From: Limnovirga soli
GTDB lineage: Bacteria > Bacteroidota > Bacteroidia > Chitinophagales > Chitinophagaceae
DNA length: 64,000 nucleotides
Assembly: GCF_013106755.1 (NCBI RefSeq)
Contig: NZ_WHPF01000010.1
Coordinates: 162,335 to 226,334 of the forward strand
Reading direction: 5' to 3'
The notes beneath the pieces were generated by a model, which was not told the origin of the DNA, did not search any database, and saw only the letters and a list, made by a program, of their open reading frames with translations. Below, piece by piece: positions 1 to 9,721 of this stretch. Position 1 is the stretch's first letter, and the number at the start of each line of letters is the position of its first letter. The position numbers and the translations under genes are program-made.

Positions 1-335
1 ACTGATATTAAGGCTTGTTCGCCAACAGTGATTTCCTGTGTTGCATAACCAACAAATGACAATACCAATACTGCATTAGCATCAGGAACTGTAATACTAA
101 ATACACCATTTTGATCGGTAGTTGTGCCTTTTTTGGTACCTTTTAACATTACAGATACAGCTGCCAAAGGCGCTCCTTTGTCATCAGTAACGGTACCGGT
201 TACTTTCCTGTCCGGTGCAGGGTTATCAAAGCCTTTCGCCTGTACTTGGGTATGTGTAATAAGTACAAGAGAAAAACAGCCGATGGCTGCAAGCAATGCT
301 TGAATTAAAAATTTTTTTCGGTAATTTTTTCTCAT
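1..335 (-). CDS. SusC/RagA-type TonB-dependent receptor; only the N-terminal part is in the window and the gene continues off the left edge
   Basis: Reverse translation from the ATG at 335 gives MRKNYRKKFLIQALLAAIGCFSLVLITHTQVQA (signal peptide). It is followed by VTGTVTDDKGAPLAAVSVMLKGTKKGTTTDQNGVFSI, a carboxypeptidase-regulatory-like domain typical of SusC N-termini. This ORF is not in the supplied track because it is truncated. Confidence 0.7.
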   Translation of the reverse strand, partial: MRKNYRKKFLIQALLAAIGCFSLVLITHTQVQAKGFDNPAPDRKVTGTVTDDKGAPLAAVSVMLKGTKKGTTTDQNGVFSITVPDANAVLVLSFVGYATQEITVGEQALIS

Positions 336-458
336 AATAAGCAAATTAGAGTGGTTTAAAAAATGAGTCGTTTAATGTTTACTTCAGGTAGTGTTTAGCT
401 GTCGTCGCATAGGTTTTTATTCATTATTTCTAAGTTTTATAGTTAACAAAAAAGGTGC

Positions 459-1523
459 TTAATATTTTGCCATTTGGTTTAGTTTAACCCTCCTGGATGA
501 TTCTCTGAAATACAAAACCGGTTCTAAAATAATGTTCTCTTCACTAGTATCATCTACCCCATTTTCTATAATTTCCAACAATAACTCAAACGATTTTTTT
601 CCCATTTCTACGGTTTGCTGATCAACGGTAGAAAGGGAAGGACTGATATATTCACCAAAACTTTCATTTGCAAAGCCAATTACCCCAAATTCTTTTGGTA
701 TAATAATTTTAAGCTCTTTTAACCGCTGCATAACCCCTAAAGCCGAAAAATCTTCTACAGCAAAAATGGCATCCGGTTTTGTTTCTAAACTCAAAAAATA
801 ATCTACCGCTTCCTTTCCTGATTCTATAGAAATATTACCATTATAAATAGAGGCTTCAGAGTAAGGCATCTTATAGTCGGCCATCGCTGCTTTGTATCCA
901 TTTAATCTGTCTTTAAATGCCTTCAAATGGGGAGCTCCGGTTACATGCATGATATTACGGTAACCCATTTCTATCAAATGTGCAGTTGCGCGGTAAGCCC
1001 CTTTAAAGTCATCTATAACTACAGAAGGTATTTTTAGCGATTCGTTATTACGGTCAAAAAAAACAAGTGGTATTTTTTTCTTCTTTAATTCTACAAAATG
1101 CGAATAATCAGTTGTTTCTTTTGAAATAGACACCAAAATACCATCTACCCTGGCATCTAAAAATGTTTCTATGGCTTTCTGCTCTAATGCCTGATTTTCT
1201 TCAGATTGATAAAGGATGATGGTATACCCGTTTACACTGGCCATATTTTGTATACCATGCACCACAGATCCAAAGAAATTAATTTGGGCACTTGGAATAA
1301 TTACACCAATTGTATGCGATTTACCTGAACGTAAGGAGGAAGCCAATTTATTCTGTCTGTAGTTCATTTCAAGCGCTTTCGCCTGAACTGATTTCTTTGT
1401 GTCTACACTAATACGCGGATGATCATTCAGTGCTCTGGATACAGAAGCACTGGTTAAACCCAGCTCCCTGGCAATATCGTTTATTGTTGTTCGTTTTGAC
1501 AATGTGTGCAATCGTGTGCACAA
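459..1523 (-). CDS. LacI-family transcriptional regulator
   Basis: N-terminal HTH (TTINDIARELGLTSASVSRALN) followed by a periplasmic-binding-protein-like sugar-binding domain. The track start is a TTG; the true start is probably one of the in-frame TTG codons at 1523, 1511 or 1502. Confidence 0.85.
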   Translation of the reverse strand: MCTRLHTLSKRTTINDIARELGLTSASVSRALNDHPRISVDTKKSVQAKALEMNYRQNKLASSLRSGKSHTIGVIIPSAQINFFGSVVHGIQNMASVNGYTIILYQSEENQALEQKAIETFLDARVDGILVSISKETTDYSHFVELKKKKIPLVFFDRNNESLKIPSVVIDDFKGAYRATAHLIEMGYRNIMHVTGAPHLKAFKDRLNGYKAAMADYKMPYSEASIYNGNISIESGKEAVDYFLSLETKPDAIFAVEDFSALGVMQRLKELKIIIPKEFGVIGFANESFGEYISPSLSTVDQQTVEMGKKSFELLLEIIENGVDDTSEENIILEPVLYFRESSRRVKLNQMAKY

Positions 1524-1741
1524 TATAAATACTAAGTTTTCAAATCACCAAAGAAAATTAACAGTTTTTTGGCCCAAACGTTTATAAAAACAAAATTTTA
1601 ATCGTCAATTGAACAATTAATCCAAAAATGGGGTTAGGTAGTGTAAATTGTACACATTATAATTAGCATTTCCCCCAATTAAATCAGGCTTTTCGCTTTC
1701 TTCACACTGCATACCGTTCACTACTGTTTATTGCCATTTTT

Positions 1742-1959
1742 GGCCAGGCAAAAACACATTTTTCATCGTTCTTTGCGTCGCACTCTTGTACACCTGAAAC
1801 CAGTTGCAACTGAACAGATTTACTGAAAATAAAGGTACCATTTGAAATTAAAATTAACAACCTAACTTGTAATACATTAGAGCCATTTAAAGATGCCCCT
1901 TGTTATGCAGTACAAGTGTGCGACGCAAGTAAAGCTACATTGCGGTTCTTTTGCCGGGC
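1742..1959. repeat. Family-1 intergenic element, full palindromic composite: box GGCCAGGC + core TTGCGTCGCACTCTTGTAC (1773-1791), then a 118-bp spacer, then the reverse-orientation core GTACAAGTGTGCGACGCAAG (1910-1929) + GCCGGGC box (1953-1959)
   Basis: Read directly in the sequence. Lies between the LacI gene start and the GH16 stop. Confidence 0.85.
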
Positions 1960-1987
1960 TCCAAAAAAAGTTGCATTGCTTTCTAAA

Positions 1988-2872
1988 CTAAGGTTCTTGC
2001 TGATAAACCCGCACATAATCTACCTGATAAGTAATTGGGTGTTGCATACCAGATGGATTGCCGCCATTACCACCCATGGCCAGGTTTAGCAATAAATAAT
2101 GCGGTTGCAAAAATGGATTGGTTCCATTATCATTTAGCGTTTCACTTAACATTGTGGTATTTAATAGCACATCATCAATATAAAGATTTATAGCTTCTTT
2201 TGACCAATCCATACGCCATACATGAAACTTATTTGGCCAATCGGCATCATTTGCCAAAAAACGGCTCAGCGGGTGTATTTCTGTATGCCATTTGGCCTTA
2301 AAGCGGGTGGCAGTGCCCCATGCAACATTTGCCAGTATGGCGGGCTGTTGCTGTACACGGTAAAATTCCATTATATCTACCTCGCCGTTATTTGGCCATT
2401 CGCCTTTTGTGCCTAGGGTCCAAATAGCAGGCCAGGCACCTAATGCTGTATCAATTTTTGCACGTACTTCAATGCTACCAAATTGCCATTGGTGCATTGT
2501 TCTTGTTTGTATACTTGCAGATGTATAATTGGCATATTCCCTATTCAGCTTCCAGTCTGCATTACCAGGTTGATAAGCAGGGTTTTTCACCTTCTCCTTT
2601 TTTCCTTGTATTAACAAAACCCCATTTACACAATTGGCATTTTGAGGTTGATACCATTGCAGTTCTTCATTGCGTACAAAGCCAGTTTCATATACCCAGT
2701 TAGTGCTATCAGGCTTGCCATTTATATTAAATTCATCGTGCCAAATTAAATTATACCCGGCCTTTTTTGGGGGACTAGAAAAATCCGGCTGATATGGATT
2801 TGGTTTTTGGCCCACTACAGTTATTGCCATACTTAAGACAATCACATTTAATAGTGCTATTTTTAAAAACAT
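1988..2872 (-). CDS. GH16-family glycoside hydrolase (laminarinase/beta-glucanase-like), secreted
   Basis: Signal peptide MFLKIALLNVIVLSMAITVVG. GH16 catalytic motif E-x-D-x-x-E present in GEVDIMEFY. Confidence 0.85.
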   Translation of the reverse strand: MFLKIALLNVIVLSMAITVVGQKPNPYQPDFSSPPKKAGYNLIWHDEFNINGKPDSTNWVYETGFVRNEELQWYQPQNANCVNGVLLIQGKKEKVKNPAYQPGNADWKLNREYANYTSASIQTRTMHQWQFGSIEVRAKIDTALGAWPAIWTLGTKGEWPNNGEVDIMEFYRVQQQPAILANVAWGTATRFKAKWHTEIHPLSRFLANDADWPNKFHVWRMDWSKEAINLYIDDVLLNTTMLSETLNDNGTNPFLQPHYLLLNLAMGGNGGNPSGMQHPITYQVDYVRVYQQEP

Positions 2873-2961
2873 AAGTTTTGTTTAGTTGATAAAATTAATG
2901 AGGAAATAAAAACACAAGATTGGTTTTCCTGCTGCCTTATGCGAGGAATAAGAATTGTATC

Positions 2962-3006
2962 AGCCAGGTACAAAAGGCATCTGTAGTTGTGTCACTCACT
3001 TGTGCG
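2962..3006 (+). repeat. Family-1 element, variant core GTTGTGTCACTCACTTGTGCG with adjacent GCCAGG...CTGTAG box
   Basis: Direct read. Between the GH16 start and the small ORF at 3029. Confidence 0.7.
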
Positions 3007-3028
3007 TTCAAATCCCTATTCAACAGAA

Positions 3029-3250
3029 TTAAATATCGATAGCCTCTATTATTTCGCCAAGTTCTGCAGCTAATGGTGTTGCCCCTTTATCTGCTTCGTA
3101 CCATTGCCAGGTTTCGTTTACTAATTCTTCTGCAATTATTACCTGCGAAGCAAAATGTATTATAAAATAAATATTGCCGCCATTTATTACCGGAGAAACC
3201 TTTACCTGCCTGCCGGCAAAAGTTATAAAAAAATCTTCCTCATTTGGCAT
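3029..3250 (-). CDS. Small hypothetical protein (73 aa) with weak PqqD/RRE-like similarity
   Basis: ATG at 3250. The stretch LVNETWQWYEA resembles the LNETaaxIWell motif of PqqD-family peptide chaperones. The similarity is weak and unverified. Confidence 0.35.
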   Translation of the reverse strand: MPNEEDFFITFAGRQVKVSPVINGGNIYFIIHFASQVIIAEELVNETWQWYEADKGATPLAAELGEIIEAIDI

Positions 3251-3448
3251 TGTTTAAAGGTAGCTAGAAATTGGGTGTAATAGAATAATGTTCTTAGTGT
3301 ATGGTAATGAATTTATACAAGTTGCCTACAAAATGGCTATTTTTTCCAGCTTATTTAAAATCTTGAAAAATACGAAAGACAAACATTTAGCAATATAGAG
3401 TTAATGTTTATCCCAAAAATTACGCAGCCCGAAAAAAAGTTTAATAAA

Positions 3449-5311
3449 CTACCTATACCCTTTTGCCTGTAGTTGAAATAACTCGGCATAGCGGCCATTT
3501 TGTTGCAGCAATTGTTCATGGCTGCCCAGTTCTATCAACTGCCCTTTTTCCAGCACCAGAATACGGTCGGCCATGCGCACGGTAGAAAAACGGTGTGAAA
3601 TCAATACTGCAGATTTGCCCTTTGTCAGCTCAGCAAAACGTTGAAACACTTCATACTCTGCACGGGCATCCAGCGCACTGGTAGGTTCATCTAATATCAA
3701 TACTTCGGCTTCCTTCATATAGGCGCGGGCCAATGCTACTTTCTGCCATTCACCGCCCGATAATTCTATGCCATCATTAAAACGGCGGCCCAATGCCTGA
3801 TCATATTGATTGGGTAATTTCATGGCCAACAGGTTAGCCAGGCTTTTTTCAGCAGCCTTAATAATTAAAGGGCGGTTATTTTGCTCATCTATATTACCAA
3901 CTGCAATATTTTGCGCAAAGCTCATCTGGTAGCGCAGGTAATCCTGAAAAATAACGCCTATATGTTTGCGCAGTTGCAAAATATCATATTCCTTCAGGTC
4001 TATATCATCCAATAAAATACGGCCCTCTTCAGGATCATATAAACGGGCCAATAGTTTTACCAGCGTGGTTTTGCCGGCTCCGTTCTCCCCTACCAATGCC
4101 AGTTTTTCACCAGCATGTAAGGTAAAACTCAAATAACGGTTGGCCCATTGCTCGCTATTGGCATATCTAAAACCTACATTTTCAAATACAAAACCCTTTT
4201 GTATGGGGTTAGGAAATGGTAGCGGGGTTTTGCTCACTTTTATTTTGGGTTTTATTTCAAAAAAATCAAAGAAATCCCTTAAGTAAATAGCCCCCTGAGA
4301 TACCGTACTAAAACGCGATAATATCCCTTCCAGTAAACTGCGTAACTGACGGAAAGAGCCGGCCAGGAATGTAAGATCACCGATGGACAAAGACCCTTCT
4401 ACCGTTTTTAAAATCATAATAATATAGGCCGCATAATACCCCATACTACCCAATATGGCAAACAAACTACCCCATGCTGCCCTGCGGGTAGAAAGCGATT
4501 TATTATCCGCATAAAACTGCTGACTAAGTGCCTTAAACCGTTTTATCAAAAAGCCTGACAAATCAAAGAGTTTTACTTCTTTGGCAGTCTCGTCGCTGGC
4601 GCCCAGGTAACGCATATAATCCAATTCGCGGCGTTGAGGGGTTTGCCCGCGGGTAAGCGCATAACTTTGATCGTTAAAATAAGATTCGCCCAAAAAAGCA
4701 GGTACAATTGCTATTAGTAATAACAATATCAACCATGGGTTAAAAGCCATTAAGCCCACTGCTAAAAACAACATGGTAATTAAATCCTGCACCTGCGTTA
4801 ATACCTGCGATAATAATACAGTCCGCCCAACGGTTTGCTGGCGGGCACGTTCCAGCTTATCGTAAAAAGCAGAGTCTTCAAACTGGTCAAGGTCCAGGGT
4901 GGCGGCATGTTCCATAATTTTTACAGAAGTATGGTTAGAAAACAAATCGCCCAATAAACCATCAACCAGCGATATGGCCCGGCTTAATGCATCAGATACT
5001 ATTGCCAATACAAACTCAGCTGCCACCAACTGCCACAAATAAGTATGATCTGTATTTGAATCAGGTGTTTTGGCTAACAGTACCACCTGATCAATAATCA
5101 ATTTACCAATATATAAAATAGCCACAGGTACGGCAGATTTGGCAATACGCAAAACAGCATTAATAATAGTGTACCAGCAATTGGTTTGCCAAACCAAAGC
5201 AAAAAAACGGGGCAGGTTACGCAGGGCAGCAAATTTTTCTTTTAAAGTTGGTTGTGGCACCCGGTTGTATAACAGCGGCCTTTTTTCGCGGGCCATTCTT
5301 ACCTTACTCAT
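3449..5311 (-). CDS. ABC exporter with fused N-terminal permease and C-terminal ATPase (MsbA-like)
   Basis: Walker A GENGAGKTT, ABC signature LSGGEWQKVALARA, Walker B ILDEPTSALD, and multiple N-terminal TM helices. The track start at 5329 is TTG; the first in-frame ATG is at 5311 (MSKVRMAREK). Confidence 0.9.
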   Translation of the reverse strand: MSKVRMAREKRPLLYNRVPQPTLKEKFAALRNLPRFFALVWQTNCWYTIINAVLRIAKSAVPVAILYIGKLIIDQVVLLAKTPDSNTDHTYLWQLVAAEFVLAIVSDALSRAISLVDGLLGDLFSNHTSVKIMEHAATLDLDQFEDSAFYDKLERARQQTVGRTVLLSQVLTQVQDLITMLFLAVGLMAFNPWLILLLLIAIVPAFLGESYFNDQSYALTRGQTPQRRELDYMRYLGASDETAKEVKLFDLSGFLIKRFKALSQQFYADNKSLSTRRAAWGSLFAILGSMGYYAAYIIMILKTVEGSLSIGDLTFLAGSFRQLRSLLEGILSRFSTVSQGAIYLRDFFDFFEIKPKIKVSKTPLPFPNPIQKGFVFENVGFRYANSEQWANRYLSFTLHAGEKLALVGENGAGKTTLVKLLARLYDPEEGRILLDDIDLKEYDILQLRKHIGVIFQDYLRYQMSFAQNIAVGNIDEQNNRPLIIKAAEKSLANLLAMKLPNQYDQALGRRFNDGIELSGGEWQKVALARAYMKEAEVLILDEPTSALDARAEYEVFQRFAELTKGKSAVLISHRFSTVRMADRILVLEKGQLIELGSHEQLLQQNGRYAELFQLQAKGYR

Positions 5312-5400
5312 AACAACGAAATTATGCAAACCTCAGCTGAGATATTTTTTGTTTATAGCTTTTGATATTTAATCTGTCAGCTTATTGTATTATATGTGGC

Positions 5401-5442
5401 GGGGATAATTTTTGGCGGCTAAATAAATAACAAATTATCCCC
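5401..5442. promoter_or_regulatory. Inverted repeat GGGGATAATTT-N20-AAATTATCCCC upstream of the ABC exporter gene (candidate operator or leader hairpin)
   Basis: Direct read: 11-bp perfect arms at 5401-5411 and 5432-5442. Confidence 0.35.
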
Positions 5443-5664
5443 GTTACAGTGAAATTAAAAAGATTAGTGTTTTTTTAATTGGTGCATGTTTTTTAAATCA
5501 AATGTTTTGCTATATCTTGCCACCAGTTTTTTAAGGGTTTAGGGTTGAAAAAAGGGGTTATGGTTCTCCACTACCCCTCTTTTTTTGTCTATACCTCAAC
5601 CACAACAATAGTTTCCCCGCTTTTTTCATTTATTTTTTTTCATTTATGTACCCGACTGTATAAT

Positions 5665-5698
5665 GTAATGCATCGCCTGTTGCGTCGCACTCTTGTAC
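5665..5698 (+). repeat. Family-1 half element (GCATCGCC-TG-TTGCGTCGCACTCTTGTAC)
   Basis: Direct read. Core at 5680-5698. Confidence 0.8.
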
Positions 5699-5773
5699 GT
5701 TCAGTTAATATTTCAGCTTTAATTTTTTGTTTAAATAGAAATACAACCCCGCATAATTTGGGTATTTGTTTTA

Positions 5774-5823
5774 GCCGCCACAAAGGTGGAACCCCGAACC
5801 GAGCGTGGCAAGCGGTGATGCCA
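5774..5823 (+). repeat. Family-2 element GCCGCCACAAAGGTGGAACCCCGAACCGAGCGTGGCAAG followed by TGGCA-N7-TGCCA hairpin
   Basis: Direct read. Five related copies in the window. Overlapping six-frame ORFs carry a conserved ..NRAWQAVMP.. peptide, which is a translation artifact of the repeat. Confidence 0.8.
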
Positions 5824-5896
5824 TTTATGCAACAGCCGGTTACCCAATAAAAAAAGCCCCGTACCATGTACAGGGCTTTTATAATAGTGATTTTTT

Positions 5897-8800
5897 TTAT
5901 TTTGTATTAAACTGCAACATAGCCGCCCCTGCCTGCAAAGTGCCTTTAGGGTTTACCGGTGTGTACAACACGTAAATGGCATGAAACTTACCATCGGTAA
6001 CAGCTTCGATTGGCACATGCACCATACCCATTTGCGAATTTTTTGCGGGTACGGGCATTAGTCCTTTGCCAATAGTTTTACCATCGGCAGCATCTATTTT
6101 AATTTCGTAGGAGAAAGCAAATTCGGGTGCTCCCTGCCATCCGCTAACTACATTTATAGAATGTACGCCTGTAAGATCAATGCTATCTACTGCAAACCAA
6201 CCACCTGAATTTGCAGGATACATTAAATAGTTATTACCATTGTAATTGAAAAACGTAAAGCCTTCTGTTTTTTCTTTACCAGTAAAGCTTAGGTTGTTAC
6301 TTGATAAAGCAATGCTGGCATTACCTGTTAATGGTTTTATGCCACTACCACCTTTATCAGTATAACTGGCTGACAAAACCAATGTAGCATTGGGCTTTTG
6401 ATTAGCCAATGGCGTTATAGTACCTGTTTGCGGCAGCGAAGGTTTTAGTGCCTCTTTGTTTGATAAAGAAAGTATCCAGGTTACAATGGTTTGCAAATCG
6501 GCTTGTGGTATATTTGGGTGTGCAGCCATTGCAACTTCGCCCCATACGCCACCGCCGCCTTTTATAATTTTTTGCGTTAAATAGCTCATGGCATTGGGGT
6601 CTTTATTATACTTTTCAGACACCCGTAAAAACGAAGGCCCTACTGAGGTTTCGGCCTCTTTATGGCAGCTTTTACAATCTAATGAAGCCATTAAGCTTTT
6701 AGCACTAACCGCTGCAGTGCCCTGCTGGTGCCCCATTGTACTGGAGGCTTTATCGTACCCTTCAGTATAATCAACAGAGGCATACAAATTGGCAGCATCT
6801 ACCGCTGCGTTATCGTTATCTTTTACTACAATCTCATAATTAAAAGGTACACCAGGCAAATAGAATGATTTGTTACCACCAGTAATATTGATAGAAACTT
6901 CCGGTTCCTGATTACCGGCATATACAGCAACGCCTTCGCTTTTGGTTACACCACCATTGCCATCGTTTACTTCTACTGAAATATTAAAATCGCCGGCAGC
7001 TGTAAATGTGTATTCCAGTTCTGGTGTAGTAGTTTCCTTGGTAATACCTGTACCCAGATGCCAGGTATATTTTAAAGCATCTTTTTCTGTATCAGTAGCT
7101 TTTACAGCAGCTTTTATAGTAAATGGTAAAACACCTGAGGTTTTGTTTACGGTAACAGCACTTACTTTTGGCGCAATATTGCCTGGGTTATAATCAATTC
7201 TTGCCAAACCTGCATCGGGGTTTTTAGTAAACCAGCCGGTGCCATATTCCAGTAAATACAGTTTACCGTCGGGGCCAACTTCCATATCTATGAGTGAGTT
7301 TACTTTTAAAGAGGGGAAGAAAGGCTCCATTTTATCAAAATCGCCATTAGGCAACATGGTTACTGCTTTTACCCATCCGCGAATCCAATCGTAAATAATA
7401 AGTTTATTATTGTAGTAATCAGGTAACCGTGTTTCCTTAGGAAACATATCTGTATAATACACGGGGCCAGCCATCGCATTACGACCGCCGGTTCCTACCT
7501 GAGGAAAATCTGGAGAAGCAGCATAAGGATACCAGATAAAGGCTGGCTGCGCAGGTGGCAATTCCGTTAAGCCGGTATTATTGCGTGAATTATTTATAGG
7601 TTTTGCAGGATCATAAGGCTCACCAGATTTACCTGTTGCATAATCGAATTGCCTGTACGCATAATTATTACCTACAAACAGTGGCCATCCAAAATAGCCG
7701 GCTTTACGTGCCTGATTCACTTCGTCGTACCCACGTGGCCCGCGGGTTTCTAAACTGTCGTTACCTGCATCCGGACCAACTTCACCCCAATATAAAAAGC
7801 CGTTCTTTTGGTCAATCGAAATACGATATGGGTTGCGGTTACCCATCACGTATATTTCAGGCCTGGTTTTAGGCGTGCCCTTTGGGAAAAGATTACCATC
7901 AGGTATTTCGTAGGTGCCGTCATCCTTTACGCGAATACGGTTTATTTTACCACGCAAATCGTTTGTGTTGGAAGAAGATCTTCTGGCATCATATTGCTGA
8001 CGGCCCGGCAAATCGTTGGCAGGGCCAAAACCACTGTTTACATATCTTACACCTGGTTCATCGAATGGAGTTGAATTATCGCCGGCAGAAAAATATAATA
8101 AGCCATCGGGACCAAATGCAATGGAACCACCAGTATGGCAACAAATTTCCCTTTGTGATTTTACTTCTAAAATTACTTTTTCAGTTGAAATGTCTATAGT
8201 ATCATTTGTAAAAGTAAATCTGGACAAGCGGTTTACAGCACTATCGGCCGGACTGTAATACATGTACACCCAATTGTTTTTATCAAAATGTGGATCTTTT
8301 GCTAAACCCAATAAACCTTCTTCTGCATTTACGCCTGATTCTTTTGTTTTGAAGTAAACATTTAAAAATCCAGCCTGTTTTACTTTTTTGGAATCATTTT
8401 TATAGAGCATTATTTCACCACGTCTTTGAATAACAAGTATATCCAGGTTGGGTAAAATAGTCATTTCGGTAGGCTCATAAAACTCACCCTGAGAAAGTTG
8501 TGTTTTGGTAAAGCGATCTTCATCGGGTGGCAATTGTGTTTTTACTTTGGTATAATCACCCACTCTATTTTCGCCAATAGCATATTGAATACCACCTAAT
8601 AAATGTTTCAGGTAATTCACTTCGGTATAAGATTCCTCTGTATGGCCCAACTCAGTATAAAAAGCACGGCCACCATCAAACTCTTGGTACCAGCTCATGG
8701 GATGAAATGCACCATTTGTGCCACCTTCGTAAGAAGTTTCATCAATAGTTAATACCACATGAATATCGGGGCTAAGTTTCTTGAAATTATATAGTTCATC

Positions 8801-9295
8801 TTTTCTTTTCCAAACAGAATCTGTGAAAAAACTGGTAGCGCCAAATGATTTATCTTTTATAATAAACCGGGCTTCCTGTTGGTGAGGGTGGCCATTAAAA
8901 TAACCGCCTACCAATCTGCCATACCAGCCCCAATCATATTCAGTATCGGTAGCAGCATGCACGCCTACAAATCCGCCGCCTGCCTGTATGTATCTTTCAA
9001 ATGCAGCTTCCTGTTTATAATCCAGCACATCACCTGTAGTGCTTAGAAAAATAACGGTAGCGTATTTCTTAAGTGAATCCTCGTTGAACACATCGGCATT
9101 TTCTGTTGTATCTACATCAAAACCATTTTCAGCACCCATTTTCATAATAGCTACTTTACCGTTTGGTATAGAAGAATGCCTGAAGCCCATGGTTTTAGAA
9201 AAAACCAGTACCCGGGGTTTATCGCTGCGTTTGCTGTTACAGGAAATGCTGATTACTACAATTGCAATAAGCAACAATAACATTAATTTTCTCAT
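5897..9295 (-). CDS. Multi-domain lipoprotein: ThuA-like domain, PQQ-dependent sugar (glucose/sorbosone) dehydrogenase beta-propeller, PKD domains and a c-type cytochrome
   Basis: Signal/lipobox MRKLMLLLLIAIVVISISC. ThuA-like region PRVLVFSKTMGFRHSSIP...GGGFVGVHAATDTEYDW. GSDH-like HTGGSIAFGPDGLLYFSAGDN. Heme motif CKSCH. The ATG at 9295 is preferred over the track start at 9313. Confidence 0.75.
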   Translation of the reverse strand: MRKLMLLLLIAIVVISISCNSKRSDKPRVLVFSKTMGFRHSSIPNGKVAIMKMGAENGFDVDTTENADVFNEDSLKKYATVIFLSTTGDVLDYKQEAAFERYIQAGGGFVGVHAATDTEYDWGWYGRLVGGYFNGHPHQQEARFIIKDKSFGATSFFTDSVWKRKDELYNFKKLSPDIHVVLTIDETSYEGGTNGAFHPMSWYQEFDGGRAFYTELGHTEESYTEVNYLKHLLGGIQYAIGENRVGDYTKVKTQLPPDEDRFTKTQLSQGEFYEPTEMTILPNLDILVIQRRGEIMLYKNDSKKVKQAGFLNVYFKTKESGVNAEEGLLGLAKDPHFDKNNWVYMYYSPADSAVNRLSRFTFTNDTIDISTEKVILEVKSQREICCHTGGSIAFGPDGLLYFSAGDNSTPFDEPGVRYVNSGFGPANDLPGRQQYDARRSSSNTNDLRGKINRIRVKDDGTYEIPDGNLFPKGTPKTRPEIYVMGNRNPYRISIDQKNGFLYWGEVGPDAGNDSLETRGPRGYDEVNQARKAGYFGWPLFVGNNYAYRQFDYATGKSGEPYDPAKPINNSRNNTGLTELPPAQPAFIWYPYAASPDFPQVGTGGRNAMAGPVYYTDMFPKETRLPDYYNNKLIIYDWIRGWVKAVTMLPNGDFDKMEPFFPSLKVNSLIDMEVGPDGKLYLLEYGTGWFTKNPDAGLARIDYNPGNIAPKVSAVTVNKTSGVLPFTIKAAVKATDTEKDALKYTWHLGTGITKETTTPELEYTFTAAGDFNISVEVNDGNGGVTKSEGVAVYAGNQEPEVSINITGGNKSFYLPGVPFNYEIVVKDNDNAAVDAANLYASVDYTEGYDKASSTMGHQQGTAAVSAKSLMASLDCKSCHKEAETSVGPSFLRVSEKYNKDPNAMSYLTQKIIKGGGGVWGEVAMAAHPNIPQADLQTIVTWILSLSNKEALKPSLPQTGTITPLANQKPNATLVLSASYTDKGGSGIKPLTGNASIALSSNNLSFTGKEKTEGFTFFNYNGNNYLMYPANSGGWFAVDSIDLTGVHSINVVSGWQGAPEFAFSYEIKIDAADGKTIGKGLMPVPAKNSQMGMVHVPIEAVTDGKFHAIYVLYTPVNPKGTLQAGAAMLQFNTK

Positions 9296-9372
9296 ATGGC
9301 AGTATATATTCATTGATAAAATTGAGGTCTAAATTTAGCAGTTAATTGTATTAAGGCAAGATAATTTTTTAC

Positions 9373-9393
9373 AATGCGTTAATTTAACGCATT
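9373..9393. promoter_or_regulatory. 21-bp perfect palindrome AATGCGTTAA-T-TTAACGCATT about 78 bp upstream of the ThuA/PQQ-dehydrogenase/cytochrome c gene
   Basis: Direct read. Confidence 0.4.
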
Positions 9394-9689
9394 ACAGTTA
9401 AAAACAAACCAGTGCAAAAGGGCTTAATTATACTGCCGATTCGGGATTCAAAAAATTAGGTCTGGAGGACAAATTTGCATACATATTGTGTCATTTCCGC
9501 ATTGTAATTTCTTATTAGTTTATTAAAATTATCCGGCAAAACCCTTTAGAAAATAGCGTTATTTGGCTTCATGCAGGTATCTTACCACAATTACCATGAT
9601 AAATTATAAGACACGAAGAATTCTACGATGAAGGCCTTTAATAAATATTTTGAAGTAGTTCTTCAGAAAAAGCTGCGCAATGCGTTAGA

Positions 9690-9721
9690 GTACAAGTGAG
9701 TGACACAACCAGGCCTGATAG
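9690..9721 (-). repeat. Family-1 element, variant core GTACAAGTGAGTGACACAAC + box CAGGCCTGATAG
   Basis: Direct read inside the 800-bp AT-rich intergenic region. Confidence 0.75.

Noticed and set aside
1524-1740. LacI operator upstream of the LacI gene (AAACGTTT core, TGTAAATTGTACA)
   Set aside because: Only short or imperfect dyads are present. This is not convincing without a search and comparison to known LacI-family operator motifs.
1742-1959. Autonomous insertion sequence or transposon
   Set aside because: No transposase or integrase ORF exists anywhere in the window. The composite elements are only about 200 bp, so at most they are non-autonomous (MITE-like) elements.
5545-5867. Small ORFs 5545-5850 (+) and 5640-5867 (-), 14127-14327 (+) and 27129-27464 (+), which share the peptide ..G(T/S)LNRAWQA(V/K)..
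   Set aside because: They are six-frame translations through copies of the family-2 repeat (GGAACCCTGAACCGAGCGTGGCAAG). The shared peptide comes from the shared DNA repeat, not from homologous genes.
6588-9332. Many 60-105-aa ORFs on the strand opposite to, or overlapping, the large genes (for example 6588-6770, 6942-7193, 7603-8258, 9039-9332; similar sets occur inside the A2M, large GH and purH genes and elsewhere)
   Set aside because: They are fully embedded in long, well-supported CDSs on the other strand or frame. They have no motifs and low complexity. They are typical antisense or shadow ORFs.
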